Source: Gracilinanus agilis
Taxonomy: Eukaryota
Assembly (NCBI RefSeq): GCF_016433145.1
Contig: NC_058133.1
Span: forward strand, 178,719,261-178,783,260
Reading direction: 5' to 3'
Length of the DNA: 64,000 nt
The stretch's first letter is position 1; every line of letters starts with the position of its first letter. The notes beneath the pieces were generated by a model. The model did no database searches, had not been told where the DNA came from, and saw only the letters and a list, made by a program, of their open reading frames with translations. Of the stretch, positions 24,851 to 37,275 are shown piece after piece. The translations under genes and the position numbers were made by a program.

Positions 24851-25069
24851 GTGGTTGATGGAGATCAAATGCACTTTGCCTCCACTGAGGAACTTACTTG
24901 GGAACTTAGCTGAGCCTAAAGCAAGAGAAAATTAGGTTAAAGGGCAGGAAGAAATGCATGAAGGTAGCTATGAAATAAAAAGGAAAATGGAAAAAAGTTG
25001 TCTTTTTACCAAGGTGGGGAACTCTGAATAAGAACTCTTTACATCATTGAAATCTGAGGGAAGGAGCAT

Positions 25070-25250
25070 TCGTGGGCTTTGGAGTCCAGTGGCCAAGGTT
25101 TGAATCCTAAATCTTATAATGACTCCCCTCGTGACCTTGGCCAAGTCATTTAAATATACTCTGGACCTCAATTTCCTTCCAAAAAGTAATACTAAGAATA
25201 ATAGCTAGTATTTTTATAGTGCCTTGAAGTTTACAAAGTTCTTTTGTTTC
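25070..25250 (+). mobile_element. MIR
   Basis: gtgaccttggccaagtcattt...ctcaatttcc. Confidence 0.8.
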
Positions 25251-25274
25251 TTTCTTCTTTAAAAAAAAAAAAAA

Positions 25275-25445
25275 ACCCTTACCTTCTGCCTTAGAAGTGA
25301 TACTAAGTGTCAGTTCCAAGGCAGAAGAGCAGTAAGGGCTAGGCAACTGGGGTTAAGTGACTTGCCCAAGATCACAGTCTCTGAGGTCACATTTGAACCC
25401 AGGACCTCCTGTCCTGCCTGGGGCTTTATCCACTGAGTTACCTGA
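25275..25445 (-). mobile_element. SINE1_Mdo-type SINE
   Basis: aaacccttaccttctgccttaga...gcagtaagggctaggcaactggggttaagtgacttgccc. Confidence 0.9.
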
Positions 25446-26139
25446 GTACCTCTACAAAGTTCTTTTCGAGGATAATTTCATTTGATCCCCACAACAATCC
25501 TAGTAAGTGGATGCTATTATTATTCCCACTTTACAGATGGGCAAACAGAAGTTATGTGATTTGCCCAGGGTCATTGAGCTTGGAAGTGTAAGGTTTTAAC
25601 TGGAGAGTTAAATTGGATGACCTGAAGTCTCTTCCAGTCCCAGATTTTAGGACATTCTGATTTAGAACATAAATTCTAGAATGTTACCTGAGGTACACAG
25701 ATATTAAATGACTTTCCCAGCAATAGAGGTAGGATTTGAATTTAGGTCTTTCTTACTCTAAACTTAGCACTCTACCCATTACACCATACAGTTGCTGAGA
25801 TTGCCAAACAGGATCTACAGTCTAACTGGACTGTTTTTCAGAGAGCTTTGGATAGAATTACACAAAAGAGGTGGGTCCTGCTATGTGACCTGACAAGGTT
25901 TCCTGGGTTTTAAAATTCCTCCTTGTGTTGAAGTACCCAAAATGAATACTCAAGGAGAAGATCAAGGGAACACAGATTTTAGGGTAAAATCGACCTTCTG
26001 TGTCATTATGACTCCTTCATTTTATACTGAGAGTCCCGCAGAGGTTAAGTGACTTGTCCAAGGTCAGACAAGTAGTAAGAAGCAAAACTAAGATTTAAAA
26101 TCTAGAATGTGGTAAATCGTCCAAGTCTTAGAGCCTTGG

Positions 26140-26610
26140 TATATACTAAGGAGTCCTTTACTGTTCCAGGCATTCTCTTTGGCTGTCCCCCCAGCCAAGA
26201 ATGTTCTCTCTCCTCTGCTCCAACTATTGGCTCGCTTTAAAATCCCACCTTCCACAGAAAGCCTTCCCTAATCCTTCTTAATTCCACTGCCTTCTCTTGG
26301 TTAATTATTGCCTATTTATCCAGTATAGAACTCACTTTGTATATATTTATTTGCAAGTGGCTTCAGATACTTGCTAGCTGGGTGATCCTGGGCAAGTCAC
26401 TTAATTCTACTTGCCTCAGTTTCCTCATCTGTAGAATGAGCTGGAGAAAGAAATGGCAAACTGCTCTATAGAAGACTCCAAATGAGGTCAGGAGTTGGGA
26501 ATAACATGACTCAACAACAACAACAAAGTCTCTCCCATAATATTGTAAATTCCTTGAGGATAGGGATACTCTTGCCCCTTTTTGTATTCCCAGCACTTAG
26601 TACAATGCCT
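26140..26610 (+). mobile_element. L2 3' end interrupted by a MAR1-type SINE (26355-26525, plus)
   Basis: The L2 tail attgtaaattccttgaggataggga...cccagcacttagtacaatgcc resumes after the SINE. Confidence 0.75.
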
Positions 26611-26659
26611 AAAACACTGCTGGTGTTCAGGTCTTTCAGCTGAGTCTACCCTTTGTGAC

Positions 26660-26838
26660 TGTAGAACCTCTCTATCCATGGGATTTTCTTGGCAAAGACA
26701 CCAGAGTGGTTTGCTATTTCCTTCTCCAGTGGAAAAACAGAGGTGAAGTGACTTGTCCAAGGTCACACAGCTAGGAAATTTCCAAGGCTGCATCTGAAAT
26801 CAGTTCTTCCTGACATCCACTGTGCCACCTAGCTATCT
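26660..26838 (-). mobile_element. MAR1-type SINE
   Basis: ttttcttggcaaagacaccagagtggtttgctatttccttctcc...tgtgccacctagct. Confidence 0.85.
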
Positions 26839-27501
26839 TACCTAAAATGAAACAGACACTTAAAAAGTGTTGATTGACTGATTTTTCTTCCCCCAAGCCT
26901 CCCCCAAAATAAGAACAACACTGCCTGGTGGTATCTCCCCTGGCAGACTACCCTTACATAGTTCCTTCTTTTTATTTCTGGGCCTGAGATTTCATTATAG
27001 CCACCATTGAGGAAACTCCTACCAAAACATATCATTACCTATACTTCAGTTTTTAGTCTTAGAGAGTTGTCTAGGGGGAGGGAGAGGTTCACAGATCTAG
27101 TATCTCCATCCCAAATATCCCTACAGGCTATTTTGTAGATCCTTCCACGATCATATTAAGTCTGATCAGTCCCAGGTAAACACATTGTACATTGACCCCG
27201 AAGTAGTGCTGTCATTTTGGTCCTCTTCCAGTATGAAGGACAACCACTAACCAGGGGCAGGTGTCTCCCTGAACCCGAGGCCAGCTCCCTGTCCAGGACA
27301 CCATATACCCTTTTGGGAGTTTCAAAGTGTTTATCGAATGAATGAATGAACAAAGGGAGTGGTAATTTTTTTTTTTATTGTCCAAAAACCTCCTCAACCT
27401 TTTCTAATGAAAACTACCATTGAGATGGTCAGTGAAAGGTAAGTCACACCTGAGAAGGCTCATCAGAATTCTATATTCTGATTTAGAAATCTGGAGTTTC
27501 T

Positions 27502-27590
27502 TTCTTTTTTTTATTTAATGCTATTTCATTTCATTTTATTTTTTTAAGATTTAATAATATTTATTTTTTAGAAAAGTTAACATGGTTACA
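27502..27590 (-). mobile_element. Extremely 5'-truncated L1 3' terminus with perfect 18-bp TSD
   Basis: TSD tagaaatctggagtttct at 27484-27501 and 27591-27608; insert reverse complement starts tgtaaccatg and ends in an A-rich tail. Confidence 0.8.
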
Positions 27591-28132
27591 TAGAAATCTG
27601 GAGTTTCTGACAGGATGTAACCCAACCCTGTCTAGCAGCAACAAAGGATTTGACTCAAGGAGATCACCTCTTTGTCTACTAGGGAATCAAGACAAAAAGA
27701 TCAGACTCAAAAGTATTTTTTTCTCTATCTCATCCTAAACAGGAAGGTCTGAATCTTTTCTCCTGGTGGAACCTGGAGATCCCGGCTGCCAAATGCCTGC
27801 TTTAGTTCAATGAGGAGCTTACTATCTTACTATCTGCTAACTTTCCCCATGCTCCACACTGGGAGAAGATTCTGCTGGTTTTGCACCCATTGTAAAATAA
27901 CCTTCGGGCAAGGAGAAGCGAGGATGGCAAACCAAAAGGGCAGAAGGGATAGTAGCCATGGAAGGAGATGGACTTTTACAAAAAGCGCCTGTTGCTTAAT
28001 TCATATCTTCCTAATGAATAACATTAATTTCCACTTTTGCTCAACTAGATCATAGGGTCCCAGAGCTAGCACAGGAACGGACCTCTGAAGTCATTTGACT
28101 GAATTGACTTCATTTAAAATAAGCCCCAAAGA

Positions 28133-28359
28133 TGTAGTCACTAAACGATAACTCTAGTCCAACTATCAATAATATGGAATTAGGTCTTGATCAATGATAC
28201 ATGTAAAACCCAGTGAAATTGTGCGTCGGCTAAGGGGGGTTTAGTGGGGCTTGGGGAGAGGGAAAGAACATGAAACATGCAACCTATGGGGAAATATTCA
28301 AAATTAAAACAAACAAAAAAAAAACACAAGCAAATAAGTAAATAAATAAAAGTGATAAT
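28133..28359 (+). mobile_element. 5'-truncated L1 (L1_Mdo-type 3' UTR) with 17-bp TSD
   Basis: TSD aaaataagc(c/t)ccaaaga at 28116-28132 and 28360-28376; TT/AAAA site; gatcaatgatacatgtaaaacccagtgaaattg; A-rich tail. Confidence 0.9.
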
Positions 28360-29133
28360 AAAATAAGCTCCAAAGAGATAAGTTGTCCATGGTTGCCCAG
28401 ACACATGTGGCAGAGTGGAACCCAGGTTCTCTGATTCCAAAGCTAGCATTCTTTCCACTATAACATACTGACCAATGGGCTCTTGTCACCTTCTAACTCT
28501 TAAATCCTATAATTCAATGACATGTTTGTTATCTTCCTGATCCCCACTTGCTGCTGCTAATGATCAGAGGGATTTGGGGGAGATGAGGGAGAAGAATCAG
28601 GAAGGGGAGCGTGGCACTGAATGCAATCCCTTCTCCAATAAGGCACTGCCACCCTCAAAGATTAAAAACTAAAGTTGGTTCATGCCATAAATTAGAAAGA
28701 AGAACCTTCCATTAGGCATCCCTTCGTAAAGGTAATAGGATTGTGAAGCTCATAGGATTTAGAATTGTAAGAGGCCATTGGAAATCATCACTTAGCTCCT
28801 AGAAACAGGCTCCCTCACTTGCAGATAAAGAAACTGATGGCTGATAAGGCAAAGTAATGCTAACATTCTACAGGTGATAAATGGCTGGTAGACCCACAAT
28901 GCTCCTCACCCAGCTTCTCTGATCCCAAGCTCCAGATTCCTTCAACTACCCCCAAGTTGTCTCCTCTCAAAGGCATTATTTAATGCAAGCTAAATGTTTT
29001 GGATTATACATAAAAATCGGAAACCAATTCCATGTATCCTAAGAAGATCTACAAATCTCTCTGATGAAACAAGTATGGCTGTTTTCTCTATCATAATAAC
29101 AAAAAAGCTAACATTTATATAGCACTTGTATTA

Positions 29134-29310
29134 TGGGCGATTGGGCACTCGTCCTGACTTTTGTCTTGCCACTGGACTTTGATGATTCTGGAAAAGAGGG
29201 TGAAGATAATCTTATGCAACATTGCCTCACTTAAATGCAATTCATGTGTGAGTCAAGACATCACCCCATGATGTCATTGGTCCTCTTTGAAAATGACAGA
29301 TGAACAACAA
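29134..29310 (-). mobile_element. Marsupial SINE-like repeat (WALLSI4-like, name uncertain) nested in a MIR
   Basis: caagacatcaccccatgatgtcattggtcctcttt...gaacaacaa; MIR sequence on both sides. Confidence 0.6.
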
Positions 29311-29504
29311 AAACTGAGATTACATCATTTAATCCTTATAACAACCTGGGAGAATAGCCTCTATTGTGGTGCCCAGGAAACTGAGGCTTAAGTTACTTGC
29401 CCAGACACAGTCTGTAAAGTTCTGAGGCAGGATATGAAATCAGATCTACCTGGACTCTAGGTCCAACACTCCGACTATTAGGCCGCCAGTCTCCTATAAG
29501 AAGA

Positions 29505-29670
29505 AATCGTGGCACAGTGAAAAGAGCATTAGCTCTGGAGATAAAGGACCTAGATTGTACCTTAAGTCCTGGGCAAGTCATTTAATCTCGTTGGGCCCTC
29601 AGATTCCACCTCTGCAAAATGAAGGAGTAGGGCCAGATGACCTGTGAGGTCTTTTCTAACTCTTCATCCT
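29505..29670 (+). mobile_element. MIR
   Basis: gtggcacagtgaaaagagc...gggcaagtcatttaatctc. Confidence 0.8.
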
Positions 29671-29819
29671 AAAATCATTGAGAAAATGTAGACAAAGACT
29701 ACCAGCGGTTCAAGGACCAAATGGGATTGCAGAATCCTTTCCTTTCCCGTGAGTAGGGATGATTTTCTCTAGAAAAACCCAGGCTTAACAAAGAGAAAAT
29801 TGGGAAAAAATGCTTATAT

Positions 29820-30130
29820 CATAAACAGTGAGAACAGCCGTGACTGCTTCGTCAAAACATTCATAAACCCCATCCCAGCAGCCAGAGCACACATATTTAT
29901 ATGAGAGTGTGCGTGCATAAAAAGATCTCATCTCACTCGGGCCACATTAAGTGCTTGGTAATTCCATAATTCAATTAAGAAAGGCCAATTTTTATTTTTT
30001 AAACCTTAATATTTAATGGAAGAGTTATGAAGTGCGACACAACTCGGCTTGATTAATAGTTACAATTAAAGGCTGGAAACGTTGAGGGGAGAAAAATATG
30101 AAGCTTAGTGCTAAAAAGGTTCATGCTCCA
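29820..30130. promoter_or_regulatory. Candidate conserved non-coding element
   Basis: Repeat-free; many TAAT/ATTA; TGATTAAT at 30050-30057; retained CpGs. Confidence 0.45.
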
Positions 30131-30369
30131 AGACATAGGGATGGGGAGTTGTGCTGGTCTTGAGGGTTGAGCTAGGTGTGGGAGGCAAATGGATGGACTC
30201 ATAAAGCATCCCAGATGCCCTCTAGCCTCTACTAATGATCCAACACAGACGGACAACTCAGTATTCATTCAGTTTTTCCGATGAAAGGCAAACCATTAAG
30301 AGAGCCAAATTTAGACTGAGAGGGACTGGATTTGCTCCATATGGGACCTGAGGCCATCAATCAGTAAGC

Positions 30370-30610
30370 TATTTGGTTCAGAAGATGAAAAGCTGGGCTT
30401 GAAATCAGAAAGACACCAGTTCAAATTCAGCTTCAAGCACTCAGGATCTGTGCAAATCATCTCAACCTCAGAATGCCTGAGTTTCCATATCTTTATAATG
30501 GGGATATTAATAGGATTTATGTTCCAAAGCTGTTGAGAAAATCAAATAAGTTAACAGTGTAAAGTGCTTTTCAAATCTAAAAGTGCTATATAGATGCTAG
30601 CAATTACTAG
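30370..30610 (+). mobile_element. MIR
   Basis: cctgagtttccatatctttataatgggg...gtaaagtgctttt. Confidence 0.8.
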
Positions 30611-33600
30611 TTATGAAGTACTGAGAATATGCCAGGCAATTTTTAAAGAAATGGCTCCCTGTTCTACCCCCACTCCTTATATACCTTGTCAGTCTAAATT
30701 TCTGTGTATCAGATTTTCATGTGCTTTGCCTTGGTTCTCTTTTAAAACTTGGTTTAATATACTGCCTGGCACATAGTAGGTGCTTAATAAATATTTCCTT
30801 CTTTCCTTCCTTCCTTCCTTCCCTCTTCTAATCAATACTTAGTATCGATTCTAAGATAGAAGGTAAGGGTTTATAAATAAATAGCCAATGGAAAATAACA
30901 GATAACACAACATCAGATGTCCCATGGAAGGACAAGATTTAGTGCTAAAGAGTTAGTGTAGAAGATCAGGACTAGGAATGAAGAAGAGGTTTCCTATGGT
31001 CAAATAAGGTCTCATGGAAGAAAGAGGGGGGAGATGAGTAGGGTCTTGAGGAAAGGCTTAGAACTCCAAATTTAAAACTCTGCTCATCATTCTATATGAG
31101 ATCTGACAATATTGTTATGATAGAAAAAGAACACAAGCATCAATCTGCCCTCACCCCACTTGATAGATAAGGCAGCTGAAGCACCAAGAACATCCTTTCT
31201 TAGCACCAGATGAGATACTGGCCAGAGGAGGGGAAGGGAACGAAATTTAGGTAGTAGTAAGGGAGTAGCAGAAGTGGAAACAGGCATGGTAAGTTCAGAA
31301 GACAGTGAGGAAACAACGATGACTAGAGTTATGAGATCAAATAACGGATATGGGAGATGACCCATTTGAAAATTGATTTGGATTTTGTAATTACAATGAA
31401 CAAGCCTGATGGTGGAAAAGAGTGGAGAAGATGTACCTTACTCCCTTCATTAAATGTGGCCAGAAGGGCAGTAGATGGAAAATCTGCTTGTTGATAATAT
31501 CAATCTCCCCTTCCATTCATGCAGGGCTAGATATTTTTTCCAAAGCACTGTCACTTAGATTATTTCATTAGTTCAGAGGATAATAGATTTAGAGTTAACG
31601 GGAACCTCAAAGGCCAAAGAGTCCAATTCTCTCACTTAACAGATGAGCAAAACGAGGCCTAAAAAATTAAAGTGAGGTTAGAATGAGAGCTTTTTGAGAG
31701 AAGATACCCTCTATTCGCTCTGTATCCTTAGCACTTAGTACAGTGTTCACAAATTGTAAGCATTTAGTAAATGTTTTCTTTGTTTATTTGTTCATTTATT
31801 CAAGTGACTTGCCTAAGGGCACCCATACCTGGGCACATTGGTCATAATGCAGGGAGATATTGCTTAAGAGAATAACTCAAACAGGGAAAGGGATGGAGTC
31901 ACCTTTGTAGGAGGAGAATTGGGGAAAAGGTAGTCTGAGATGGAGATGTGATCAAAGGAAGAAGCTCTCTTAATACTAATACTCACCTCCAGTGAAAAAG
32001 CATTGGGAGGAGGAGGAGGCTTGGTGGAGCCAAGGCAGAGTTAATGGCAGCTTGCTGGCACTGGGCTCCAGCATCAAGTGTTAATATGAATCTTGAGTCA
32101 GAAGCTTTGAGTCCAAATTCTGGTTCAGCTACTTACTGTAGCCTTGTTCTAGCCACTTCCCTCTCTGGGCCTCAGTTTCTTTGTTGGAAAAATAAAGGTG
32201 TTTTACTAAATGGCCTTTAGACTTTCCAGTTCTTTCTGTTCTTCTTGTTAAGTCAGGTTCAACTTTATGTGATCCCCTTTGGGATTTTCTCTGCAAAGAT
32301 ACTGGAGTGACTTGCCTAGGGTCACAAAGCTATTAAGTAGTAAAGACTATGTATTAGCATCAATTTTGCCAAGGCACACTAAGGACCACCAGGATGTTCT
32401 ATGTGTTATGGAGCTAAAACTTCCTAGATATATTGTCTCGCTTTGTGAAAACACAGTTGTGCTCCTTAAAATCAGGGATTGTCTTATTTTTCTAATTCTG
32501 TCTTTAGCAATTAGCATGGAGCTTTGCACACAGTAAATACTTCATAAATGCTTTTTTCATTCATCTATCCATCTATTCTTACAGCAAGTTTATAATAGAG
32601 GCAAAACCTTTCACAGAACCGAGATCTATGTACCCAGAGAGAGGGAGTGTGAGTTGCACAAGGTCAAAGAGATAAAGGCAAAATCAAGGCTAGGACCTAG
32701 ATGTTCTGGTTCCTGGTCCAGTGCCCTCTATCACGTCATGCTATCCTTCATTACCTCAATTTTTCATCTGTTGGCAGTAAGGAACACCCATCTGTATCAG
32801 TCCCTGAAAGTGAACTTGGGAGGGAGGAAGTTCAAGGATTAAGTGCACAGAACACTTTTTTCATCTTCCAAGGGAGTTATTTTCTATCCTATTCAAGGTG
32901 GCATTGTCTTGGACTGTTGCTGTTGTTTTTAAATGACTTCACATGTGGATGTCTAATAGCCCTCTCTGGATAGAAACTCATGAGGACAGAAACTGTGAAT
33001 TAGACCTTCCTGTTAGCCTCAATGTACTTGGTCCCTAGTTGAACACATGGTCACAGTTTTATTAATGCTTACCAAAATGAATCTGGTTGAATAACAACTG
33101 AGGCCCCATCACTCAGTCTTGGGACCCCCGTTACCCCTGGAATCAGTACTGAATGGTGAGCAGAGATCTACCACTCAGCCCTGTCCCCCCAAAAGCCCCC
33201 TGGGAAAGCAGATACTATTTTCCAGATACTTGATCTACTAATTCTACTAGTCCTATTTCTAAACAATCCCCATGCCAGGGCAGAAGTGGGTCTGATGAAA
33301 GGGTTTGGGGACAGCCCCTCTGAGACCTTGGTCAGAGGAAAATATAGGATGGCTCATAAAACCACTAAAAGTTTACAGAGCTAAAGATCACTCAGAAACA
33401 CATCTGAAAGGAAAGAAAACCATATAATCACAGAATGTTAGGAGTAAAAGGGACCTTAGACATCAGCTACTCTACTAATATCTTTATTTATTTATTTACT
33501 TTTGAGAGAGGAGGAGGCTGAGGTCCAGAGAGGCTAAGTGAATCGCCAATGGTCACAGAGTTAGCTCCAAGGTAAGATGTCATATCGCAGAATAAGAATG

Positions 33601-33689
33601 CTAGGGCTAAAAGTTCCTTCAGAAGTCAACTAGCCCAGTCCTCTCATATTACAGTAGAAGAGACCGAGGCATTAAGAGACTACAAGGCA

Positions 33690-33868
33690 TGTCAGCTATG
33701 AAACACAGTGGTTAGAGAGCCAGACCTGGAGATGGGAGGTCCTGGGTTCAAATATGATCTCAGATACTGCCTAGCTGTGTGACCCTAGGCAAGTCACTTA
33801 ACCCCAATTGTCTAGCCCTTACCACTCTCTTTCCTTGGAACTGAATACTTAATATTGATTCTAAGAAG
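33690..33868 (+). mobile_element. SINE1_Mdo-type SINE running into the assembly gap
   Basis: gagccagacctggagatgggaggtcctgggttcaaat...tagcccttaccactc. Confidence 0.9.
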
Positions 33869-34017
33869 NNNNNNNNNNNNNNNNNNNNNNNNNNNNNNNN
33901 NNNNNNNNNNNNNNNNNNNNNNNNNNNNNNNNNNNNNNNNNNNNNNNNNNNNNNNNNNNNNNNNNNNNNNNNNNNNNNNNNNNNNNNNNNNNNNNNNNNN
34001 NNNNNNNNNNNNNNNNN
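33869..34017. other. Assembly gap (149 N)
   Basis: N run. Confidence 0.99.
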
Positions 34018-34195
34018 CTGTCTTATAATCAGTACTAAGTATTGGTTCCAAGGCAAAAGAGCAGTAAGAGCTAGGCAATTAGGGCTAAGTGACTTGCCAG
34101 GGTCATATAGCTAGGACATGTCTGAGTCCAATTTGAACCCAGGACCTCCCATCTGTAGCCCTTACTCTACCCACTAAGATACTTAGCTGCCCCTG
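34018..34195 (-). mobile_element. SINE1_Mdo-type SINE
   Basis: gtattggttccaaggcaaaagagcagtaag...ttagctgcccc. Confidence 0.9.
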
Positions 34196-35299
34196 TTGCT
34201 CCGATTTTTAATGTGAGCTCCCTGAAGAGAGGGATTATGTTTTTGTCATTCTTTGTATCCTGGCACATAGTAGGTGCTTAATATAATGATTATAGACTGG
34301 TGAATGGGGTAAATCAGAGCACAGGTCTTGGTTGTTTGATTTTCCATCGATAGGCTTGTGTGTGTGTATGAGTGGGGGGATTCTACTGGGTGAATATCCT
34401 CCAAAGTAAGATCCCTAATTTTCATTCTTCCCTTTACCCCATTCCCTTCTTCTGACAGAAGACTTCCCAATCACGTGAGGGGGAACATCCCCTCATCTGA
34501 CCACCGATCAAAACGCCCCAGAAGAAAAATTCTTGGTCAGGGTGACTTAGGGGTTATCAGGAATGGCTTTCAGCTGTGAAAATATCCAGAAGGGAAAGAC
34601 ACAGGTGGCAAGAATCACATGAAAATTCAGAACAAAGATCGCTCAAGGGGAAAATAACTTTCACAGAGTCCAAGAGGTAGAACTTGGAGAGGACCTGGGT
34701 TCAAATTTCAACTCTGCTAGTCACAAGACCAGGAACAAGTCTATCCACACAAAGGAGTGTTTCTGGGATCACTGCTAAGCCAACATCACACTCACCCAAT
34801 GAAGAATCAAGTCAGCTATTTACCAGGCAGAGGCTGCTGCTGCAGGTGTCACTTTCATGGATTCTGGTCCCAGAATCCCCAGACTTTAGGATGCAAAGTG
34901 GATACAGCAGTCACACAAGGGAATATTCACCAGCTAAGAACTAGTTAGGCACAAGTTGGGGTGACCGTGGAAGAAAACGATTTGGTTGAGCTTTTGTGCA
35001 TTAAAGAGCATGACTCAGCAAAGCACAAATTTATTGCAGGGAAGACAAATGACCCAACAGAAAGCAATCACTGTAGCAGAAGTCATCATTAGGGCTTGAC
35101 CAACCACAGTAGAAGAGAATCAAATATGAAATACCTTGGCTCAGTAAGCTCAGTAGAGACAGTCTGGGGTTGGGAAGAAAGCACCAGAGACAAAAACATA
35201 TGGGTTCAAATCTTGTCCCAGATGCTTACTGGCTACATGACCCAAGGCAAGTTACATAACATCTCTGGGCCACACTTTACTTATTTGTTACATGAGAGG

Positions 35300-35470
35300 G
35301 GCAGCTAGGTGACCCAGTGGATACGGCGGCAGGACTGGAGTCAGGAGAACCTGGGTTCAAATATAACCTCAGATGTTTCCTAGCTGAGGGACACAGAGTA
35401 AGTCACTTAACCTGGATTACTTAGTCCTTACTCTTCAGAGTTGTTACTAAGCCAGAAAGTGAGGGTTTTA
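35300..35470 (+). mobile_element. SINE1_Mdo-related SINE
   Basis: gggcagctaggtgacccagtgga...aagccagaaagtgagggttt. Confidence 0.85.
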
Positions 35471-35689
35471 AAAAATAATACATTTAAAAAAATAAATGAG
35501 AGTTGATCTAGATTACCTCTAAGATACCTTCCACCTATGACTGAATGATGCTACATTTGCCCATGCCCTCGCCTTTCCTCTACCCAGCTCCCATTCAAAA
35601 ATATCCAATGGTTCTTTCTGGCTTTTAGAAGAAAGCAAAGAACTCTTCACCTGAGCATTTACAGCCTTCCCCAAATCTGGCTCTCACAG

Positions 35690-35905
35690 CAATGTGTTGG
35701 ACCAGGAATCAGAAAAACCTGAGTTCAAAACTGGCCTCAGACACTTACCAGCTGGGTGACTCTAGGCAAGTCACTGTCTGACTCAATTTCCTCAGCTGTA
35801 CAAAGAGAATAATAATAGCACCTGTTCCAGAGGGTTGTTGTGAGGATCGAATGAAATAATACTTATAAAGTAATTTTTCCAAACCTTAAAACACTATCTA
35901 AATGC
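35690..35905 (+). mobile_element. MIR
   Basis: cctgagttcaaaactggcctcagacacttacc...gggttgttgtgaggatc. Confidence 0.85.
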
Positions 35906-35919
35906 TGGTTGTGGTTGCT

Positions 35920-36345
35920 AGATCTTTCCAACCTCATTTGATATTACTTCCTTTTACTCATTCTCCATTCCAATCAGACTAGCTTCCCAGCTGTTGCCCC
36001 ATACACTCCACTTCCATCACGTGGCTGCTCCCCATGTCTTGAATGCTCCCCAAGCCTCTACCTCTGCCTCAAAGAATCCTTTGCATCTCAAGATCTAACT
36101 TAGACATGAAGTCGTTCCCGAGTGCCTTGTTATTTGCACCCTTTCCCTCAGGAGATGATCCTGTATCATTTTAGTCAGATATGACACTTGAGTATGGACT
36201 TTGCCATGTTTTGTTCCCTATTCCTACAGGAATGGATTATCATCTCCTTGAGGGCAGAAGCTATTTTTTTGTTTTATTTTATTTATTTATTTTGGTGCTT
36301 ATATCCCCAAGTACCTTGAACAAATTACCTGCTTAATAAATATTT
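35920..36345 (+). mobile_element. L2 3' region
   Basis: catctccttgagggcaga...tgcttaataaatatttgttt. Confidence 0.75.
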
Positions 36346-36694
36346 GTTTGAGATGAAAAAAAAACAAACAAACAAACAGTGTAAACTGAAAAGAAATACA
36401 AGATACAGCTTGGGCATAAAATCAACTAGAAACCTATGAAATTCTGAATGTTCAACCAGTGCTTAAGGCCCTCAGGGTCTAAACTGGGTCAGCCAGTCAA
36501 CAAACATTTAATAAGACCTTTCTGTGTACCAAGCCTGGGGGAGAGAAGGAAAGGCAAAAACAAAAAACAAAAACAAAACAAAACCACAGCTGCTGCCTTC
36601 CAGGAGCTTACATTCCAAAGGGAGAAAGAGCATGTCAAATAACTTATGTACATAAAAGCTATCCTGGGTAAACAGGAGCTACTCTCAGAGGGAA

Positions 36695-36925
36695 CAGCAG
36701 GTAGGTGGTACAGTGGATAGAATGTCAGGCTTCAAGTCACAAAGACCCGAGTTCAAATTTGAATTCAGATACTTCCTAGCTGAGTAAGTCACTTAACGCT
36801 GTTTGCCTTGGTTTTTGCCTCTGTAAAATGAGCTATAGAAGTATCTCTGCCAAGAAAATCCTAAGTGAGGTCCCAAAGAGCCTGAACAAGGTCACAAACA
36901 GCCTGAAAAGACTAAACAACAACAA
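36695..36925 (+). mobile_element. MAR1-type SINE
   Basis: gtaggtggtacagtggataga...gtatctctgccaagaaaatcc. Confidence 0.85.
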
Positions 36926-37087
36926 TCTCAGGTGGGTCCTCTGAACTACTACCGTTGATCCATCACTTACCCTTTCTGAGTCTGTCTTTCTTGTCTGTCA
37001 AATGGATGAAAAATTAGTACCTCACCTGGGCAACCTGAGAGTTGTTGGGAGGTATATACTGCACAGAATTTAAAAGTGATAGAGAAG

Positions 37088-37275
37088 GGAGCAGATAGAT
37101 AGCTCAGTGGATTGAGAGTCAAACCTAGAGGCGGGAGGTCGTGGGTTCAAATGTGACCTCACACTAGTTGTATGACCTTGGGCAAGTCATTTAACCTCCA
37201 TTGCCTAGCCCTTATTTGTCCTCTGTCTTGGAACTAATACAGAGTATTGATTCTAGGACAGAAGGTAAGGATTTA
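37088..37275 (+). mobile_element. SINE1_Mdo-type SINE
   Basis: gagcagatagatagctcagtggattgagag...gacagaaggtaagga. Confidence 0.9.

Noticed and set aside
26355-26838. Inverted pair of MAR1-type SINEs about 135 bp apart
   Set aside because: The copies are heavily diverged and partial, and such pairs are common at this SINE density.
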